Source: Heterodontus francisci (lineage: Eukaryota). Taken from it: DNA of 64,000 bases. Below are positions 48,055 through 60,329 of the stretch, piece by piece. A model generated the notes under the pieces. It saw nothing but the letters and a program-made list of their open reading frames with translations, was not told the DNA's origin and ran no database searches. Every line of letters begins with the position of its first letter. Positions within the stretch are counted from its first letter, which is position 1. The translations under genes were made by a program, and so were the position numbers. The stretch spans positions 124,047,593 through 124,111,592 of the forward strand of contig NC_090378.1 in assembly GCF_036365525.1 (NCBI RefSeq), given 5' to 3'.

Positions 48055-48550
48055 CTGGCTCTCTCTCTCACTTTCTCACAAGCCTCCGGACCTGATGAAG
48101 TTGCTTAAACCTCAAAAGTGGAAAACCTCCGACACTGAAACAAGTTAAAGCGTGCGCTGGGCCCCAACGAACAGCAAGACTTACCGACAACCAGAGACTC
48201 AACATCAAACTCAAAGGACTGTAACTACAATCCATCTGTTGCCTCAAACTTTTCCCTTTATTCTTTCTACCTTTCCTCTCTCTATCTGCATGTGTGTTTA
48301 TCGCGTGGTCACATCGCATGTTCGTAGTCGTTCATTGGATTAGAGTTTAAGATAAATAAACTTCCACCTTGTTTAAATCTAATACAATCTGTCTAATTAA
48401 TTTGTTTGTCTTACAATTGGAAAACAGTGAACAAGAATTCGCTGAGGGGGAACAAAAAACACGGTGTTTTTAAAATTAAACCCTGTTACGGTTACACCAG
48501 GCAAAGGCTGAGAGGGAACCCCAAGATCCCTATCTCACTTGGTCGGAACA
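48055..48550 (+). mobile_element. Partial LTR (R/U5-like portion)
   Basis: CT and GT microrepeats, AATAAA at ~48355, ends ggtcggaaca. Confidence 0.5.
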
Positions 48551-48984
48551 ATACAGAGGAACAAAGGTCGGCCTTTTCAGCTGACAAGACCGCTTTGTTA
48601 TTTTGTTGGCCTGGCAACATCTACATATTTAAACCCAATTTCGTTACCCGTGCTCCAGATGTCTCAATTCATTCTGCATCTGTCACCTTCTGCATTCCAC
48701 ATTTTCACAGCCCTGTGTATGAATTTATTTGTTTTCAATTTTAACCCTCAAAAGAGTAAGCCACTTTATGCATTGTGTGGTGCTCTAGCCAGCTGCACCA
48801 GTTCATTAATGCTGACAGAAGACTTTCACTCCATCATTCTGGGCTGGATTCTAACCCAGGTCCCAAAGGTGAGAGGACAGTATTCTACCCAGTACCGTGC
48901 AGCCCCGGCATAAATCATTTCACAGCAAGTTGTTATGTCGGTGGATACTTTACCTTGCTAGTATTAAGAGTGGACTGGGCTTTC

Positions 48985-49310
48985 TCCAACACTCACTCCC
49001 TTCATCACTGGTGCACAGCGGCAGCAGTGTGCACCATCTACAGGATGCACTGCAGCAACTCATCAACTCTCCTTTGACAGGACCTACCACCTAGGGGGAG
49101 AGGGGCAGCAGACCCATGGGAACACCACCACTGTGGGTTTCCCTTCAAGTCACACACCATCTTGATTTGGAAATATACCACAGTTCATTCACTGTCGCTG
49201 GTCAAAAATTTGGAAACACCTGCCTGGCAATGCTGTGGGTCTGCCTGCACCACATGGACTGTGGCGGATCGGGAAGGTGGCTCACTACCAACTTTTTAAG
49301 GGCAATTAGA
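48985..49310 (+). mobile_element. CR1-group LINE 3' fragment
   Basis: Homologous to 18165-18505 (cagtgtgcaccatctacaggatgcactgcagcaa). Confidence 0.8.
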
Positions 49311-49418
49311 CTACACTGCTTGCTACAACCTCAAAAAATTCCATGAGATTCGTTAATTAAGAGTTGCCTTTCATAAATCCATGTTGACTCGGTCAAAACA
49401 CATCATGATTCTTTAAGT

Positions 49419-49626
49419 AAAAACTGAAATGTTGAAATACTCAGCAGGTCAGGCAGCATCTGTGGAAACAGAAACAGAGTTAACGTTTCAGATTTGTGAC
49501 CTGATGAAATGTCACAGATTACAATGTTAACTGCTTCTCTCTCCACCGATGCTGCCTGACCTGCTGAGCATTTCAGCATTTTCTGTTTTTATTTCAGATT
49601 CCCAGCATCTGCAATATTTTGCTTTA
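49419..49626. mobile_element. Palindromic Penelope-like fragment (inverted + direct terminal repeat)
   Basis: ctcagcaggtcaggcagcatc...gatgctgcctgacctgctgag inverted pair; 14-bp TSD atgattctttaagt (49405-49418, 49627-49640). Confidence 0.75.
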
Positions 49627-49989
49627 ATGATTCTTTAAGTGTTCATGCCCCTAATAATAGATTCCAGCATTTTCCCATGATCTGACACTTGAACATCTTA
49701 ATTTGGGGGAAATTCTGCTCAAAGAGTTTGTCTGACACTCCCATTTCTACATCTCTTGTCACAAATACTTTGAATGACTGCAGTGCAGTAGATGCTTTCT
49801 CAGGAACAAACAGCTGCTCAGTCCAAATATGGCTGCCAAGGTCTATGAATTTGCATTGTCCCTATGGTCTGCATCTCAGGCCTTAAATCCCCACCACCCA
49901 CCTTAACTGGCTACACGCAGGTGGTAGGTCTTGTGTGGTGCAATATCCAGGGCCACATCAATACTGAAGTGTTATGTAACCTGCCCCTC

Positions 49990-52230
49990 ACCAGAGAACC
50001 ATGACGACACAGAAACTGCAGGGCTGTATAAAACACAGCAAATTGTTACAAACTGTGCACATGTGTCTGCAAGAGCAAAGAGGGAAGAGGCAAAGCCAAG
50101 TGCGTTAAAAACATCCAGTGAAGATCACTGATTCAAAAGAAATCCAAAAGAAGTCAACCAGACAAAATCTGATTTCAATCAGTGGGCTGTGGAATGAGTA
50201 TAAAATGGACATCAAAGTAGATTTATTCACAGCTCTCCTTAAAGAGATCGCTGAGAAAAGTGAAAATTCTCAGCAGAATATATCAAATACAATCCATCAT
50301 GTAGAGGAGGGGATCATTTCAACTGAAGACCATGAGCGACAGAGAGCCATGCAGACCACCTTAGAGCTACTGAAAGTTTACTGGCAGAAACTCAATGTCA
50401 GTAACGGTGTGTCTGGAAATATTATGGGGACTCTAATTGGACGATTGATGCTGTGCTGTGCAGACAGTTCGCTACCTGTGTGACAGATGGCCCTGGTCTC
50501 TGTGTACACCATCCTGTCCATTCAGTTATAATATGAAGGTGCTGATCTGGATCAGTAACAGGAGCAGCTAGAGGATCTGAACACACTCAGAGAACAGTTA
50601 GACAACGATGACCTTTCAGTCCTCTTGCAAAAATGCCATCAGATCGCAAAGGTAATTTCCAAGAATTTTCCCCATAACCAGCTGTGCAACTTGCTCCTCA
50701 TGGTCTTTAAAGGACTGTCTGACCAACACCCCAGCTGTTCCTTTGCAGCCGCTGTGCTCGTAAAAATCATCATTAAAGGTGAGGCAGTGATCCACGGGAC
50801 CAAGTCTCAGAAATACTAGACATGCTGAGGGTTGAACTGGAGTCAGTTCCTTATGAGGATTCAAAATGTTCTGTTCTATGTAGTTTCACCATTTTGTCCT
50901 GGCACAATATACTAGCAGTTATATCCCATCTCCTCAGCTCCCTGGACCCATTGGAGAAATTTGTCAGAGACGTGTGGAGATCAATGGCCAAAGACACAAA
51001 TGTGCAGTCAGGACTATTAAGTAGCTGGTGTACACACTTGAGAAAAGAACCTGCCCCATCAATGGAAACAGAAAACCCTATTCAACCGCTGTATCACTGG
51101 CTGCCATCTGCAGGTTGTGTGAGATTATCACTAAGCCTGTGTTGGCAGAGGTGCTGAATACATTATTCCCACTGATATTCAGTACCCTAATTATTTTGTT
51201 AACCAGCTGCGTTAATATTTCTCTGTTCGATTGTTCAGATACTGAATCGCAGCAGAGAGATTTCACAGCCCTATTTCAAACATCACCAAGTTGGGATCAG
51301 TATAAGAAGTGTGTACAGACACTAAAGGTCCTTCCAGGCAAAGCAACAAATGGAGGCGTCATTGAAAACATGAATAGAAATGGAGGATGGTGCCAAAGGA
51401 TGAAGCTGAACCACTTCGACAAGGGGGTCGTTCTGTTGGCCAGAGCAATGGCAGAACATGCTGGCTACAGTCTGCCTCATATCGTGAACCAACTGGCTTC
51501 TCACATCATTAGGCTCCAAGACTATCAGGCAGTTAAAGTAATCACCTCCTCGGAGAACTGCTGAAAGCTCCACTGCTTTCAGAGCTGGAGCTCACAGACA
51601 CTGTGCTAAACGGTTTGATAAGGTATTTGCTGTATGTCTCTCTTGTTAGCCGGTTGTTGTGTGTCTGGGTCCGGAGAAATATTAACTTTGGAACTAAAAG
51701 ACAGTCTTGGAGCGTGATGGACACAATGATTAGCCTGTTGGGGAATGAGCAGAACTCGGAGTTGCTAACGCATGTGGTGCTGTCGTACCTGAGTATTATC
51801 CAGTCAATGGCAAACACCATCCAGCTCTTTGTGGATCCAAATCTTACCAGAATTCAGCCACTCTTTGGGGCAGAGTCTGAGAAAGTGCGGGTGGAAGTAT
51901 TCAACGTGTTGGGGAACTTGACCAAGTGTGGAATTGGAGGGTCCACATCTTCCATCTCCCAGCAGGTCCATTCCAACCTGGTGCACTTGTTGTTGCACTC
52001 AGATGGAAAGAGTGAGGAGATCACCTGATCTTGCAGTTTAACACTGTGGATGATCTTCCCACTTATTGGATGTGTGAAGGGTTCTTGTTTAATTGAAAGA
52101 TATCTAGAGAACCCCAACTGGAGTTACATGGACTTCCTCAGAAGCATTTCATGCCAGTTGGTTCAAGATTTCCCAACGGGTGAATTCCTACGCCATGGAT
52201 TGTGAATAATTTTTCAACTTTGACCAGGAG
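49990..52230 (+). pseudogene. MROH1: Intronless MROH1-like pseudogene, copy 2
   Basis: Same motifs as copy 1, plus retained LFPLIFSTLIILL...GVVLLARAMAEHAG segment; in-frame stops and frameshifts; AATAAA downstream at ~52750-52772. Confidence 0.85.
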
Positions 52231-52330
52231 CAGCTCTGAGATCACACAAAGGCCTTTTCAACTTTCCTCCTGAGGCAGCCATCATGTTACCGACTCAGCC
52301 GGTGGGCCACCGCCACCTGGTGGAAGAACT

Positions 52331-52591
52331 TTTTTTTATTTATAAAATATACTTTATTCATAAAAATCTGTAAAAATTACATTGCCAGACAGTTTCCAAA
52401 CAGCACGAAAAAATACAAACATTGCAAAAGAGATCAGTTTCTTTCAATAATATCATGAGTTTCTTCCCAACCCTTCCGTTTCACAATTGTCATGTCAATT
52501 ACAGTTTTACATTTACAGCAATTGAGAATATTAACGATACAGTTCGAGGGGCTTCCCATGGTTCCAGTCCCTCAGTCCAGCTTGGTGGGGG
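52331..52591 (-). mobile_element. 5'-truncated poly(A) retroposon 3' end (L1/Tx1-like)
   Basis: 19-bp TSD gccacctggtggaagaact (52312-52330, 52592-52610); T-run and tttatt at the left end; absent from copy 1. Clade assignment tentative. Confidence 0.8.
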
Positions 52592-53107
52592 GCCACCTGG
52601 TGGAAGAACTGTGCAATCAACTGTTGCTGTCGAGTCCCAGAATAAAGCCAAGAGAGACCTAGGCCCCGATCCTCCTCCAACTCCTCCTCTTAACATCAAA
52701 CTGATCCTCCACTCAACATGATTTGTACATTTGTAAATTATTGTAAAAAAATAAATATTTTGTTGCAATAAATATTCTATTGTGCCATTGTAATTACTGT
52801 TCGATCTTCATACAGCGCAGTTTCTCCTGATGAACACACACAAACTCACACACAGACACCAGACACTGCAACTTATGTCATTTTATCGCAAGTGACACCC
52901 TCACTCATGATCTTACAAAGGGCTCTGAAATAGTGGGATTTTTGACAGACAGTGAAAGACCTACCTTTTCTAGTCTGCTGCGTTCTGTCCAGCTCCCGAT
53001 GGATCATGTGACCAGAAGGCTTCAGCATGGACGTGAAGCCTCCAGCAGATACAGGAGGAACAGGCCACAGACATGTCAGTACTAAATCCAGGACAAAGAT
53101 TGCAGAC

Positions 53108-54828
53108 ATTGTAGTAAAATAGGAAGAGTGTGAAATATTAGATACGATAAAGGACAATGGGAGAAGGAAATACTCGACAGTCTGATATTCTTGAGGGTGG
53201 ATAAATCGCCAGGGCCGGATGGATTGCATCCCAGGTTGTTAAAGGAAGCCAGGGAGGAAATAACGGATGTGCTGAGGATCATCTTCAAATCCTCACTGGA
53301 TATGGGAGAGGTGCCAGAGGGTTGGAGGTCTGCGAATGTTATACCACTATTTAAAAAAGGTGCGAGGGATAAGCCAAATAATTATAGGCCGGTCAGTCTG
53401 ACCTCAGTGGTGGGTAAGTTATTCGAATCAATTCTGAGGGACAGGATAAACTGCCACTTAGAAAGGCATGGATTAATCAGGGATAGTCAGCATGGATTTG
53501 TTGAGGGAAGGTCATGTCTTGCTAACTTGATTGAGTTTTTTGAGGAAGTAACAAGATGGATAGATGCGGGTAACGCAGAGCATGTGGTCTACATGGATTT
53601 TAGTAAGGCATTTGATAAGGTCCTGCATGGCAGCCTGGCCAGTAAAGTGAAAGCCCATGGGACACAGGGAAATGTGGCAGGTTGGATCCAAAATTGGCTC
53701 AGTGAGAGGAAACAAAGGATAGTCTGATTGGGCATAGTCAACATGGATTTATGAATGGAAAATCATGTTTGACAAACCTGTTGGGAGTTTTTTTAGGATG
53801 TTACTAACAGAATTGATAAAGGGGAGTTGGTGGACGTGGTATACTTGGATTTTCAAAAGGCCTTTGATAACGTCCCCCACAGGAGGTTGATTAGCAAAAT
53901 TAAAGCAAATGGGATAGGAGGTAATATACTGGCATGGATTAAGGATTGGTTAACAGGCACAAAACAGAGTAGGAATAAACGGGTCATTCTCACATTGACA
54001 GGCTGTGACTAGTGCGGTACTGCAGCGATCAGTGCTTGGGCCCCAGCTGTTCACAATATATATCAATGATTTGGATGTGGGGACCAGATGTAATATTTCC
54101 AAGTTCACGGATGGCACAAAACTAGATGGGAATGTGTTTTGTGAGGAAGATTCAAAGTAGCTTCAAGGAGATTTGGAAAGACTTTGTGAGTGGGCAAGAA
54201 CGTGGCAGATGGAATCTCATGTGGAAAAATGTGAGGTTATCCACTCTGGTAGGAGGAACAGATGTGCAGAGTATTTCTTAAATGGTAAGAGATTAGAGAG
54301 TGTAGATGTACAAAGGGACCTGGGTTTCCCTGTCAATAAGTCACTGAAAGCTAATATGCAGGTGCAGCAAGCAAGCAAGGCGGCGAATGGCATGTTAGCC
54401 TTTATTGCAAGAGGATTTGAGGACAGGAGTAGTGAAGTCTTACTTCAATTGTATAGAACCTTGGTTAGACCACACCTGGAGTATTGTATGTAGTTTTGTT
54501 CCCCTTACCCTAGGAAGGATATTATTGCCATAGAGGGAGTGCAATGAAGGTTCACCAGATTTGTTCCCAGGATGGCGGGATTGTCCTATGGAGAGAGATT
54601 GGGGAAACTGGGCCTGTATTCTCGAGAGTTTACCTCAGAGGGCTGTGGAAGCTCACTCATTGAGTATGTTTAAAGCAGAGATTGACAGATTTCTAAATAC
54701 AAGTGACATAAGGGGATATGGGGATCGTGTGCGAAAAAGGCACTGAAGTAGATGATCAGCCATGATCATATAGAATAGCGCAGCAGGCTCGATGGGCTGA
54801 ATGGCCTACTCCTGCTCCTATGTTCCTA
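53108..54828 (+). mobile_element. Two abutting CR1 RT fragments (53108-53725; 53726-54828)
   Basis: KSPGPDGLHPR...WIQNWLS, then a restart at QHGFM..KSCLTNL; tail cctatgttcctag. Confidence 0.93.
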
Positions 54829-55274
54829 GACTGAATTTGGAGTAAACAAAATGCTGCTAAAAATAAACACTTGAAACCTTAATTATAAATGAAACAAAAA
54901 ATATCACTATCAGAGATATCCAAGAGCAGGTATGAATCTAGGCCTGCTCACAGAACAACTGAGCTTCAAAATAATGTCCAACATCACCAGAGAGGCTGTT
55001 CATCAAAATAAAGTCAGATTTATCAGAAGGTTTAACTTGTCTTTTACATGTAACCTTGTCTAAGACCGAGGCTTAGAGATATCTATTAAATCAGTTTATC
55101 GATTCAGTATATAAAATAGTACAGCACTTGAATCTGACAATAGCATCTCCTATGAAGTAAACCTCAGTTGCATCAGATTCCTGGAAAGTTGCATCTTTGA
55201 GAAATTTTTTGTCGCAAAGTAGAGAGAAACAAATTGTTTGACCAATCTCGACTATCGAAGATTGTGGATTTGCT

Positions 55275-55342
55275 TCAGTCTGATGCTTGCAGTTCACTGA
55301 GGCAATTAGATTTCTGCCCTTCTGGACTTGATAATCTTTGGT
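55275..55342 (-). pseudogene. CEP350: Candidate next CEP350 exon start, stopped after 22 codons
   Basis: Acceptor ttgtgtttgttacAG (55344-55343); phase-1 reading (D)QRLSSPEGQKSNCLSELQASD*; no clear homology. Confidence 0.3.
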
Positions 55343-55399
55343 CTGTAACAAACACAAGTAATTGGTGTTACTCAATCACTTTCTATAAAGAATGAAATT

Positions 55400-55770
55400 G
55401 TGTGTGTACAATACACTTCATGTCCTCAGGACCACCACCAAAGCACCTGACAATAAATCAAATACTTTTTGAAATGCAGTCACGGTTGTAATGTTGGAAT
55501 CACGGCAGCACAGCAAGGTCCCACAACTAGCAATAAGATCAATGACGAGATAATCTGTTTTAGGTGTTCACTGAGGGATAAAAATTGGCCAGGACACTTG
55601 GGAAGAACTCGCTACACTTTTCTTTTACATCCACCTGAGAAGGCAGACGGGGCCTCGGTTTAACATCTTCAACAAAAGACAGCACCACCAACAGTGAAGC
55701 TCTCACTCAGTACTGCACTAAAGTGTCAGTCTGGATTATGGGATTCAAGTCTCTGAAGTGGGACGTGAAA
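55400..55770 (-). mobile_element. Deu-domain SINE relic (SacSINE1/AmnSINE-like)
   Basis: catccacctgagaaggcagacggggcctcggtttaacatc...cagtactgcact core. Confidence 0.7.
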
Positions 55771-56201
55771 TTATTTTATCCATGTAAACTTGCAATGACA
55801 CCACTTGAGGATGTAGTTTTGAAAGCTATTGCATTCTCAGTAAAGGAACAAAAAAGCCTTACTGAAACAATATTTGGAATTTTTTTTTAAAAAGCCAGTC
55901 TGGTGATGGCACATACAAGTTCAGAACTGAATGCGAAAGATCTAGATACAAGGGAGAGTAGGTGAACTGGAGATCAGTGCAGCAACCGATTGCAGAATTA
56001 CCAAAAACATAAATATATCAGCTGCTGATTTACACTGGCTTTCAATATGAAGGCTGACTGCTTGCTGCTCAATACATCAAGTCAAAATATTAAAATGATA
56101 GTAAACATTTTCTAGAGCTTTTCAATCCTACACTAACTTAGCTGTTTAAAGGCACAACCCCTGGGGTCCAAATCTATTGGTGTGTGGTAACAGGTACATA
56201 C

Positions 56202-56281
56202 CGTGTTTGGCAACGGAGCCCAACGATGCTTTGGATCTTTCGCCCTCAGTAAGGGATTTCCAGCTCTTTGCAGATTCAGTC
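56202..56281 (-). CDS. CEP350: CEP350 exon (R)TESAKSWKSLTEGERSKASLGSVAKH
   Basis: ttttcAG acceptor, GTATGT donor, 80 nt, phase-compatible with the previous exon; matches remembered human RSETAKNWKSLTESERSRGSLESIAEH. Confidence 0.9.
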
Positions 56282-56764
56282 CTGAAAACAGAAAACAAAT
56301 TCTAACTTAGAGCTCGGCAGCGTAATCATATAGTCCGTGCAGTATAACCAACTTAGCTATTTTCACTGATGGATAAATCCAGTCAACCCCTTCCTGGACT
56401 GTGGTGCATAAACAGGCAGTCCCCATACTAAACAGCATTTCCCAATCTTTGCCTAACCTTCTGGAGTGTCTGTGATAGACACAACTGGTAAACCAACACT
56501 GGCCTCCTAGTCAGAACCCTGAAACTGTTGTGCCACTATTTCCCAGCAAGCTTTTCTGACTTGCTTTTCACCTTATAACCTGCCCTGCTGGTAACACAGC
56601 TGATGTCTCTGGGTAATAGTCACATTTTAAACTGCAAGAACACAGATTTCTGCACTGCTGCCTGGAGGAGTTATATCAGTAAAAAGGCAATCAGCTATCA
56701 AAAATGTCTTCCAGGGAATGTAAAACAATTCCCACTCTGGGCCATAATGAGTTGAATAAAATGA

Positions 56765-56935
56765 CAAAAGCAAAATACTGCAGATGCTGGAAATCTGAAC
56801 GAAAAACAGAAAATGCTAGAAACGTTCAGCAGGTCAGGCAGCAGCTGTGGAGAGAGAGAAATGGAGTTAATGTTTCAGGTCAATGACCTTGCATCAGATT
56901 CTGATAAAATGTCACCAACTTGAAACAGCAACTTT
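56765..56935 (-). mobile_element. Penelope-like terminal-repeat fragment with partial inversion
   Basis: aaaagcaaaatactgcagatgctggaaatctg...gtttcaggtcaatgaccttgcatcag, then ctgataaaatgtcac...gaaac. Confidence 0.65.
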
Positions 56936-57924
56936 ATCATTGAATAAAAATGAACCTGAAACACCAGCAGTAAGAAAGGTACCATCCTGATCTAATATTA
57001 CAATCACATTTCTGTGCTGTGAAATACAAAATGCTGGAGAAATCTACCATGTTTCAGTTATAAAGGAATTCCAATTTTTATTTTCCACACACATTTCGCT
57101 CCATGCACTTAGTCACTTTTGATGCGTATTAAATTAAGATGCCAAACAGTTGCATCGTCCAATCTTCTTAAACCAGTAGCATACAAAGCTTCGGTTAAAT
57201 GACTGTCTGCTATCAACACCCGAAAGAGGAGAATATAATTGCAGCACTTAGCACAAACTAATTGAAGGAGGTATTGGGCCTGGTGCACACTGTGTGGAAG
57301 CATTGGGTCAACCTGAAGTTGAGTTTCTGTCTTGATTGACACTTACTCCTTCCCTCATCATTGGCTAGACCATGGTGAAAGGAGAAAGTGGTAACATGGT
57401 GGAATGGATTCTTTTGACACTGAAGGTTGCTACAGAGCAGTACTCAAATATGTAACCGGGCCTCCAGGCTGGAACAACCAGCTCTTTAGACAATAGTGTG
57501 TGATGGAGATAGGGTAAACGGAAGCAGCAAATAAATTCAAATTTCAAGTATGAAAGGGTGTTCAATATGAATGGAGAAAAGAGTCATTGTCCATTTCAGT
57601 GCATGGAACATTACAACCTGGGGGCAGGAGATGCGAGTATACAAATGGCAGTTTACAATCCCAACAATACACGGATTTTGTGGAAATACTACACTCCCAG
57701 GACTGCCTCATGGCACATCCCAAAACTCACCCAATTGACCTGCCCAGGTAATGTATGAACATTAACATTTTGGAGCAATTGCATAGGTTTGCTTTAAAAT
57801 AAAATTATTGAACAATGCTCTTCTTTTCTGTCATACAGAATGACCTGATCGGTTTTGCATCAGATATACAGGCTTGTTTTTGGAAAGGTTTTAAACTGTT
57901 GAGAGGAACATTAGTTATAACTAT

Positions 57925-58365
57925 TAGGAAAGGCTGAACCGACTGGGGGTCTTTAATCTAAAAAAGAGAAGGCTGAGGTGTGTCCTGATGGAGTTCTTTA
58001 AAATATGAAGGGGTTCAAATAGGGTAAACATAGAGAAGATGCTTCCACTTGTGGGGGAGACCAGAACTAGGGGCCATTAATATAAGGCAGTCATGAATAA
58101 ATCCACAGGGAGTTCAGGAGAAAATTCTTCACCCAGAGTGTGGAGTGGAGAGTGGTGAGAATTATGGAACTGGCTACTACATGGAGTGCTTAAGGTGAAT
58201 AATATAGATGTATTTAAGGGCAATCTAGATAAGTACCTGAAAGAAAAAGGAAGAGGAAGCACTATTAGGGTCAGATGGTGTAAGGTGGGAGGAGGCTCAG
58301 GTGGAGCATAAATACCTACATAGACCTGTTGAGTCGAATGGTTGGTTTGTGTGCTATAAAGTCTA
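57925..58365 (+). mobile_element. Old CR1 3' fragment
   Basis: gaaggctgaggtg...gagaagatgcttccacttgtgggggagaccagaactagggg pattern. Confidence 0.75.
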
Positions 58366-58557
58366 GGTAAATGCACAGCTTCCCCAACATAAAGCTGCTA
58401 GATAACTGGGGACCCTTCAACCACTAACTTATTTCGACAACAGGAATTCCACTCGGGTAGAAGACCCACCGTTACTATCATATTTATCATATAAAAGTGC
58501 AATAGAAGAGACAATTCTTCAGAAGATTTTCCAATTAGCACCCAACACTGACAGTAC

Positions 58558-58697
58558 CTCTGTAGAGAGAGTGGTTTAATCTTGGGTTTCTCAGTACCAG
58601 TGGAGTACAGGTTTTTGATCTGCGGTTTGGTTGAGCAGGCCACATCAAGGTCTTTACTTAGTTCAGCCTGGGTCTTCTTAATAAATTCATCATAGGA
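58558..58697 (-). CDS. CEP350: CEP350 exon SYDEFIKKTQAELSKDLDVACSTKPQIKNLYSTGTEKPKIKPLSLQ(R)
   Basis: ctgtcttcaccAG acceptor, GTACTG donor, 140 nt; matches remembered human SYDEFIKKTEAELSQDLE..KPQIK..EKPKIKPL. Confidence 0.92.
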
Positions 58698-59488
58698 CTG
58701 GTGAAGACAGAGACACAGAGAGACATGTGAGGTCAAACATTCCGATTTAAAGAACCACAAGTCAATCATAGTTTGCTAACTGCACCAGACAAACTGCAAA
58801 ACCATTTCTGAATAAAAAAAATGAATTTTAGCAGCAAGTAAAACTAATCACCCAAGTAAGTAACTAAAAAGATTAATGGGGGTGACAAAATACCTGGATG
58901 GTCATATGTTGTCAAAACCAATCTGTTAGTTAAGGGTCCCCCCTCCCTACCAAACACTTAACACACAAAATCCCAACACTACAACAACCTCTAATTATCC
59001 AGCATTTAATATAGCAAAATGCCCCGAACTGCTTTAACAAAGAAGAAGTGGGCATTGAGCAGGAGTGTGACAGCCTACGGAGAGGCTACCCAAGGTGCCA
59101 TTGAAAAACATAGATCTTCAGGAACCTCCTGAAAGTAGGAAGTGATGTGGCAATGCAGATGGATTTGGGAAATGGTTTTGAACGAGCTTTGGACATAATG
59201 TGGAAGACTCTGCCACTAACGGTGGAGCAGAGACAGACCAAAAGAGAAAACCTATTTTTGAATAACATCTTTCTTGCCCGCCGGACATCCCAAAACACTT
59301 TATAGCCCTCAATGATTTTCTAATTAAAAATTGTAAAAGCATCTACTTTGTAGATGCTGAGTTGATTTTGAGAATATGAATTATGTGCAACTGGCTGAAT
59401 TGCAGCTTCTGCAGTGACTGATGTTCTATCGCCAGCTGAAAACTGGTTAGACAGTGTGGGGTGTCAGGCCCTTCCACAATAGTCTCAC

Positions 59489-59930
59489 CTCCAGTTGTTT
59501 AAGGAGGCTAGCCTCCTGGGCTTTCAATCTCTCCTTCTGACGTTTCTTCTGTTCTTTTTTCAGCTTATCTGCCTGTGTGGAGTTTGCAAGTTCTCCCTGT
59601 GTCTGCGTGGGTTTCCTCCGGGTGCTCCGGTTTCCTCCCACATGCCAAAGACTTGCAGGTTGAGAGGTTAATTGGCCATTATAAATTGCCCCTAGTATAG
59701 GTAGGTGGTAGGGAAATATAGGGACAGGTGGGGATGTGGTAGGAATATGGAATTAGTGTAGGATTAGTATAAATGGGTGGTTGATGGTCGGCACAGACTC
59801 GGTGGGCTGAAGGGCCTGTTTCAGTGCTGTATCTCTAAACTAAACTTATCCACAATTGACTTGCGTTTCCTAAGCTCATCCTTCAGAGCACGGATTCTGC
59901 TTTCAATATCACTCTGGTCTGATGTTGTTT
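59489..59930 (-). pseudogene. CEP350: CEP350 exon interrupted by a SINE
   Basis: Removing the SINE and one TSD gives a 161-nt exon (E)TTSDQSDIESRIRALKDELRKRKSIVDKLKKEQKKRQKERLKAQEASLLKQLE with canonical AG and GTGAGA; near-identical to remembered human CEP350. Confidence 0.92.
59570..59844 (+). mobile_element. 5'-truncated HE1-type V-SINE inserted in the CEP350 exon
   Basis: V-domain and (TAAAC)n tail; TSD cttatc at 59564-59569 and 59845-59850. Confidence 0.95.
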
Positions 59931-60329
59931 CTGTAAAGAATCCACTCAGGTTAAGATGATAACAGTTTTACTTACAACCACACTCATGTAGCAATAGCAC
60001 TCAAAATCAAATGCAGTAAGGGAAGGAATCCACTTTGAAACTCAATTATGTCCTAGGTCCATGTGTTTAAAAACAGAGATAGTTATGCTTAGTCAAATCT
60101 CCAGTTAACATGCATCCAGTCTCTGCACACTAACATTAACTGATAGAGATAAATGTAAATCCACATCTGTATAACTCCTAGATTCACTCATCATAACCTC
60201 TTCAGTAACTGTAATCAGACCCGCAGTCCCGCTGCACACACTGACCGAGCGGACCCGCAGTCCCACTGTAAACTCTGACTGTGTTGTACACTGATCTGGT
60301 CAGACCCACAGCAAGTCAAAAGGAACAGA

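Larger units (their letters stand above)
49508..53105 (+). repeat. Segmental duplication copy 2
   Basis: Colinear with 39397-42587. Confidence 0.95.

Noticed and set aside
39890-52230. Functional MROH genes
   Set aside because: Both copies carry several in-frame stops and frameshifts.
59570-59850. Precise removal of the SINE as a new intron
   Set aside because: The GT and AG at the TSD (GATAA|GT...AG|CTG) would delete one base and shift the frame, and the donor is weak.
60215-60310. Short ~34-bp repeat (gacccgcagtccc)
   Set aside because: Only 2-3 degenerate intronic copies; no structure suggesting function.
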